From NCBI GenBank assembly GCA_948468045.1, contig CAOKGO010000005.1, forward strand, positions 3,760 to 67,759: a stretch of 64,000 bases of DNA, read 5' to 3'. Within the stretch, counting starts at the first letter, position 1. Every line of letters begins with the position of its first letter. This document shows positions 61,032-64,000 of this stretch, in pieces. The notes under the pieces are model-generated. The model saw only the letters and a list, made by a program, of their open reading frames with translations, was not told the origin of the DNA and did not search any database. A program made the position numbers and the translations under genes. This DNA is from an uncultured Clostridium sp. GTDB lineage: Bacteria > Bacillota > Clostridia > TANB77 > CAG-508.

Positions 61032-62009
61032 ATGATAAAGGTGGACACAATTGTTTTAAAATTTGGAGGTAGTTCTGTTGCTGATAATGAAAAATTAAAA
61101 CTAGTAGCTCAAAAAATAATAAGTTTATATGAAAAAAATCACAATATCGTAGTTGTCGTATCTGCCCAAGGAAAAACAACTGATAAATTAATTGAAGATG
61201 CCAAAGAAATTTCTGAAAAGCCTAATAATAGAGAATTAGATGTACTTCTAAGTAGTGGTGAACAAGTATCAAGCTCAAAACTAAGTTTATTATTAAATAA
61301 AATGGGATATCCAGCAATTTCTTTAACAGGATGGCAAGCTGGAATTTATACAAACAACACAAACCAAAATGCATTAATAAAGGGAATAAATACTGGAAGA
61401 ATAAGAGAAGAACTAGAAGATGGTAAAATTGTAGTAGTTGCAGGATTTCAAGGGATAAATGAAAACATGGACATCACAACACTTGGAAGAGGAGGATCAG
61501 ACACAACAGCAGTTGCTATTTCAGCAAGCTTAGGAGCAAAAAATTGTTATATTTTCTCAGATGTAGATGGGGTATATACAACAGACCCAAATCGATTACC
61601 ACAAGCAAAAAAACTTTCAGCACTTTCTTATGAAGAAATGCTAGAAATATCATCTGAAGGAGCAAAAGTACTACACAATAGATGTGTAGAAATTGGAGAA
61701 AAATTCAAAGTACCAATTATTACAAAATCAACTTTTAATAATAAACCAGGAACTGTTATTTCAGATATAATAGAAGAAAATACAATAAAAAGTATTGTAA
61801 AAAAAGAAGTTTCAAGACTTTCTATAATAGGAAATGGAATGACAAGGAATTTTCATAATCTTAAATTAATTTTAAATATAATTGAAGAAAACAAACTAGA
61901 TATGTTAGAATTTCATGTAACAGAATCAAAAGTTTCTATTACTTTCAAGGAAAAAATATCAGACGATATTTTAGAAAAAATACATGAAAAATTAGTATAT
62001 AATGATTAA
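61032..62009 (+). CDS. Aspartate kinase (short form)
   Basis: LKFGGSS, TTLGRGGSDTTA, DVDGVYTTDP. Confidence 0.92.
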   Translation: MIKVDTIVLKFGGSSVADNEKLKLVAQKIISLYEKNHNIVVVVSAQGKTTDKLIEDAKEISEKPNNRELDVLLSSGEQVSSSKLSLLLNKMGYPAISLTGWQAGIYTNNTNQNALIKGINTGRIREELEDGKIVVVAGFQGINENMDITTLGRGGSDTTAVAISASLGAKNCYIFSDVDGVYTTDPNRLPQAKKLSALSYEEMLEISSEGAKVLHNRCVEIGEKFKVPIITKSTFNNKPGTVISDIIEENTIKSIVKKEVSRLSIIGNGMTRNFHNLKLILNIIEENKLDMLEFHVTESKVSITFKEKISDDILEKIHEKLVYND

Positions 62010-62282
62010 AGTGGCATAATTTTATATGTCACTTTTATTATATGAGAGTTTCTCTGAACTTCCTATAATATAAAGCATTCCACAAAAAAAATTGTGAAGC
62101 AATTTTCGTGGGCGAACAAAGACGAGGCATGAAAAGTTATCTAAAAGGTCATAAAATCTTAATCATGCCCCTTTTGTTCTATTATCAATAAAAACGAATT
62201 ACTAAATAATAAAGGTTCTAAATAGTGCAAAAGGTGAATATATATAATTTAGTAAGATAAAGTGGTAAAGGAGATGATACAT

Positions 62283-62579
62283 ATGACAATAGATGAAAGA
62301 AAAACAATAAGTACAAGTGTAATACAAAATCTAATTTTAGAAAACAGAGGAAAATTAAGCATATCAGGTGTTTTAGATGTACTTAGTTTTGATGACCAAG
62401 TAGTAATGGTTGAAACAGAATTAGGTTTACTAACTGTAAAAGGCGAAAATCTTCGTATTAATAAATTAAGTATAGACACATCAGAAGTAATAGTAGAGGG
62501 TGACATTTCGTATTTAGCTTATAGTGATAAAGAGACAGATAAAGTAAAAGGAAATTTTATGAGCAAAATTTTTAAATAA
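62283..62579 (+). CDS. yabP: Sporulation protein YabP
   Basis: LENRGKLSISGVLDVLSFD. Confidence 0.9.
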   Translation: MTIDERKTISTSVIQNLILENRGKLSISGVLDVLSFDDQVVMVETELGLLTVKGENLRINKLSIDTSEVIVEGDISYLAYSDKETDKVKGNFMSKIFK

Positions 62580-62650
62580 TGTCGTGTTGGGGACGTTTCT
62601 TTTGCGACATTTTTATGTAAATTAAAATTAAAGAGAAGAGGAGTCAAATA

Positions 62651-63094
62651 ATGGTTACAAATCAAGCATATTTGTTTTTAATTTTTATAGTTAATGGAAT
62701 AATTATTGGACTATTATTTGATTTTTTTAGAATTATAAGAAAAGTAATTCCTACAAATGATATAGCAACTTATATAGAAGACATCTTATTTTGGATTTTA
62801 ACAGGAGCAAGTATTTTATACTCTATATTTGTTTTCAATAATGGTGAAATGCGTTTATTCATGTTTTTAGGCATTATTTTGGGGGCTTTTATATATCTAT
62901 TAACTTTAAGCTCTTATATTATAAAAATTAATGTAAAAATAATAAACACAATACTTATTCCATTTAAAATAATTTATCATTTAATGCACAAAATTATTTT
63001 CAAGCCAATTACATTTTTAATTATAAATATAAGAAAAAGTTTTACAAATTTTGTCAAAATACCCCAAAAGACAAAAAATATTGTAAAAAATTGA
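62651..63094 (+). CDS. yabQ: Spore cortex protein YabQ
   Basis: FDFFR...EDILFW...NNGEMR; follows yabP. Confidence 0.88.
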   Translation: MVTNQAYLFLIFIVNGIIIGLLFDFFRIIRKVIPTNDIATYIEDILFWILTGASILYSIFVFNNGEMRLFMFLGIILGAFIYLLTLSSYIIKINVKIINTILIPFKIIYHLMHKIIFKPITFLIINIRKSFTNFVKIPQKTKNIVKN

Positions 63095-63136
63095 TAAGAA
63101 AAGAAGGATTTTTTATATAATATGTAGAATATATAT

Positions 63137-63454
63137 ATGAATATTAATAATAACGCAAAGAAGATGGAGAGATTACAGATGAAGAAAACAAAAAAAATAT
63201 ATATAAAATTACTGATATTGGCAATAGCCATATATGTAATTTTTACATTATTCAATCAACAACAAACTTTAAATCAATACAGTCAAGAAAGTAAAGAGTT
63301 ATCAGCTAAAATAGAGGAACAAAAAGAGTATAAAGAACAACTAGCAAAGAAAAAAGAAGATGTTACATCACTTGACTTTATTGAACAAAAAGCAAGAGAA
63401 ATGTTAGATATGTATTATCCAAATGAGAGAGTATATATAGATGGAGGAATGTAA
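63137..63454 (+). CDS. divIC: Septum formation initiator (DivIC/FtsB family)
   Basis: TM helix, coiled coil, FIEQKAREMLDM..PNE; synteny with yabPQ. Confidence 0.8.
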   Translation: MNINNNAKKMERLQMKKTKKIYIKLLILAIAIYVIFTLFNQQQTLNQYSQESKELSAKIEEQKEYKEQLAKKKEDVTSLDFIEQKAREMLDMYYPNERVYIDGGM

Positions 63455-63588
63455 TTTTTAAATTATATTCCTTTTTTTGGAAAAAACATTTCATTTTCTT
63501 AAAACTTGTGCTATAATATGTATGAAGTTATTTTAAGATTTATCTTTAATATAAAAATAGACACGATTAAAATATAAGGAGGACATAT

Positions 63589-64000
63589 ATGTTAGATATA
63601 GAAGCCATGACACTAATAGAATTAAAAGAAGTAGCAAAAGAATATAATATTAGAAATATTTCTAAATTAAAAAAAGACGAATTAATTACAGTATTAAAAC
63701 AAATTACAAGTCAATCTAATGAATTAGAAGCACATAGTACTGAAATAATAGAAGAAGCAGAAGAAAGTAACAAAAGGCAATATGATTCCAATGGAGAACC
63801 AATTGTAGATTACAAACTAACTAGTGATGGTGATGCAATAGTTGAAGGAATATTAGACATATTACCAGATGGATATGGTTTCTTAAGAGGAGATAATTTC
63901 CTATCAAGTGAAAAAGATGTTTATATTTCTATGGTACAAATTAGAAGATTTCACTTAGATACAGGAGATATAATAAAAGGTATTTCTAGATTTAGAGAAG
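63589..64000 (+). CDS. rho: Transcription termination factor Rho, 3'-truncated by window edge
   Basis: LIELKEVAKEYNI..ISKLKKDELI; VEGILDILPDGYGFLRG. Confidence 0.92.
   Translation, partial: MLDIEAMTLIELKEVAKEYNIRNISKLKKDELITVLKQITSQSNELEAHSTEIIEEAEESNKRQYDSNGEPIVDYKLTSDGDAIVEGILDILPDGYGFLRGDNFLSSEKDVYISMVQIRRFHLDTGDIIKGISRFRE

Overview
Very AT-rich chromosome segment from a spore-forming Clostridia-class bacterium (probably an uncultured gut lineage; this is inference). The main signal is an apparent genetic-code anomaly. Nine otherwise full-length genes are split at ten sites, and at every site one extra C sits exactly at a codon boundary in front of a Gly codon (NNN-C-GGN). The in-frame codon therefore reads CGG and the protein continues in the +1 frame. 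The affected genes are relE, an acyl-CoA synthetase, an MFS transporter, uvrB (twice), ispG, hydB, a putative spore protein, a sortase and prfB, and the sites include the Walker A GKT of UvrB and the GGQ of RF2. My manual scan found no other in-frame CGG in conserved genes, which suggests CGGN is read as a 4-base Gly codon or an obligatory +1 shift. The window also contains: (i) a cotJABC spore-coat operon interrupted by two tandem skin-like serine-recombinase elements, one in cotJB and one in cotJC, each with readable att sites and a type III toxin-antitoxin locus; (ii) a ~650-nt promoter-driven array of five aberrant tRNA-like cloverleaves; (iii) pilin-like genes, one fused to a phage tail-collar domain; (iv) four families of REP/MITE-like repeats; and (v) housekeeping genes (pyr, trimeric [FeFe]-hydrogenase, guaA, secA, T-box/thrS, ychF, murD, yabPQ, rho).
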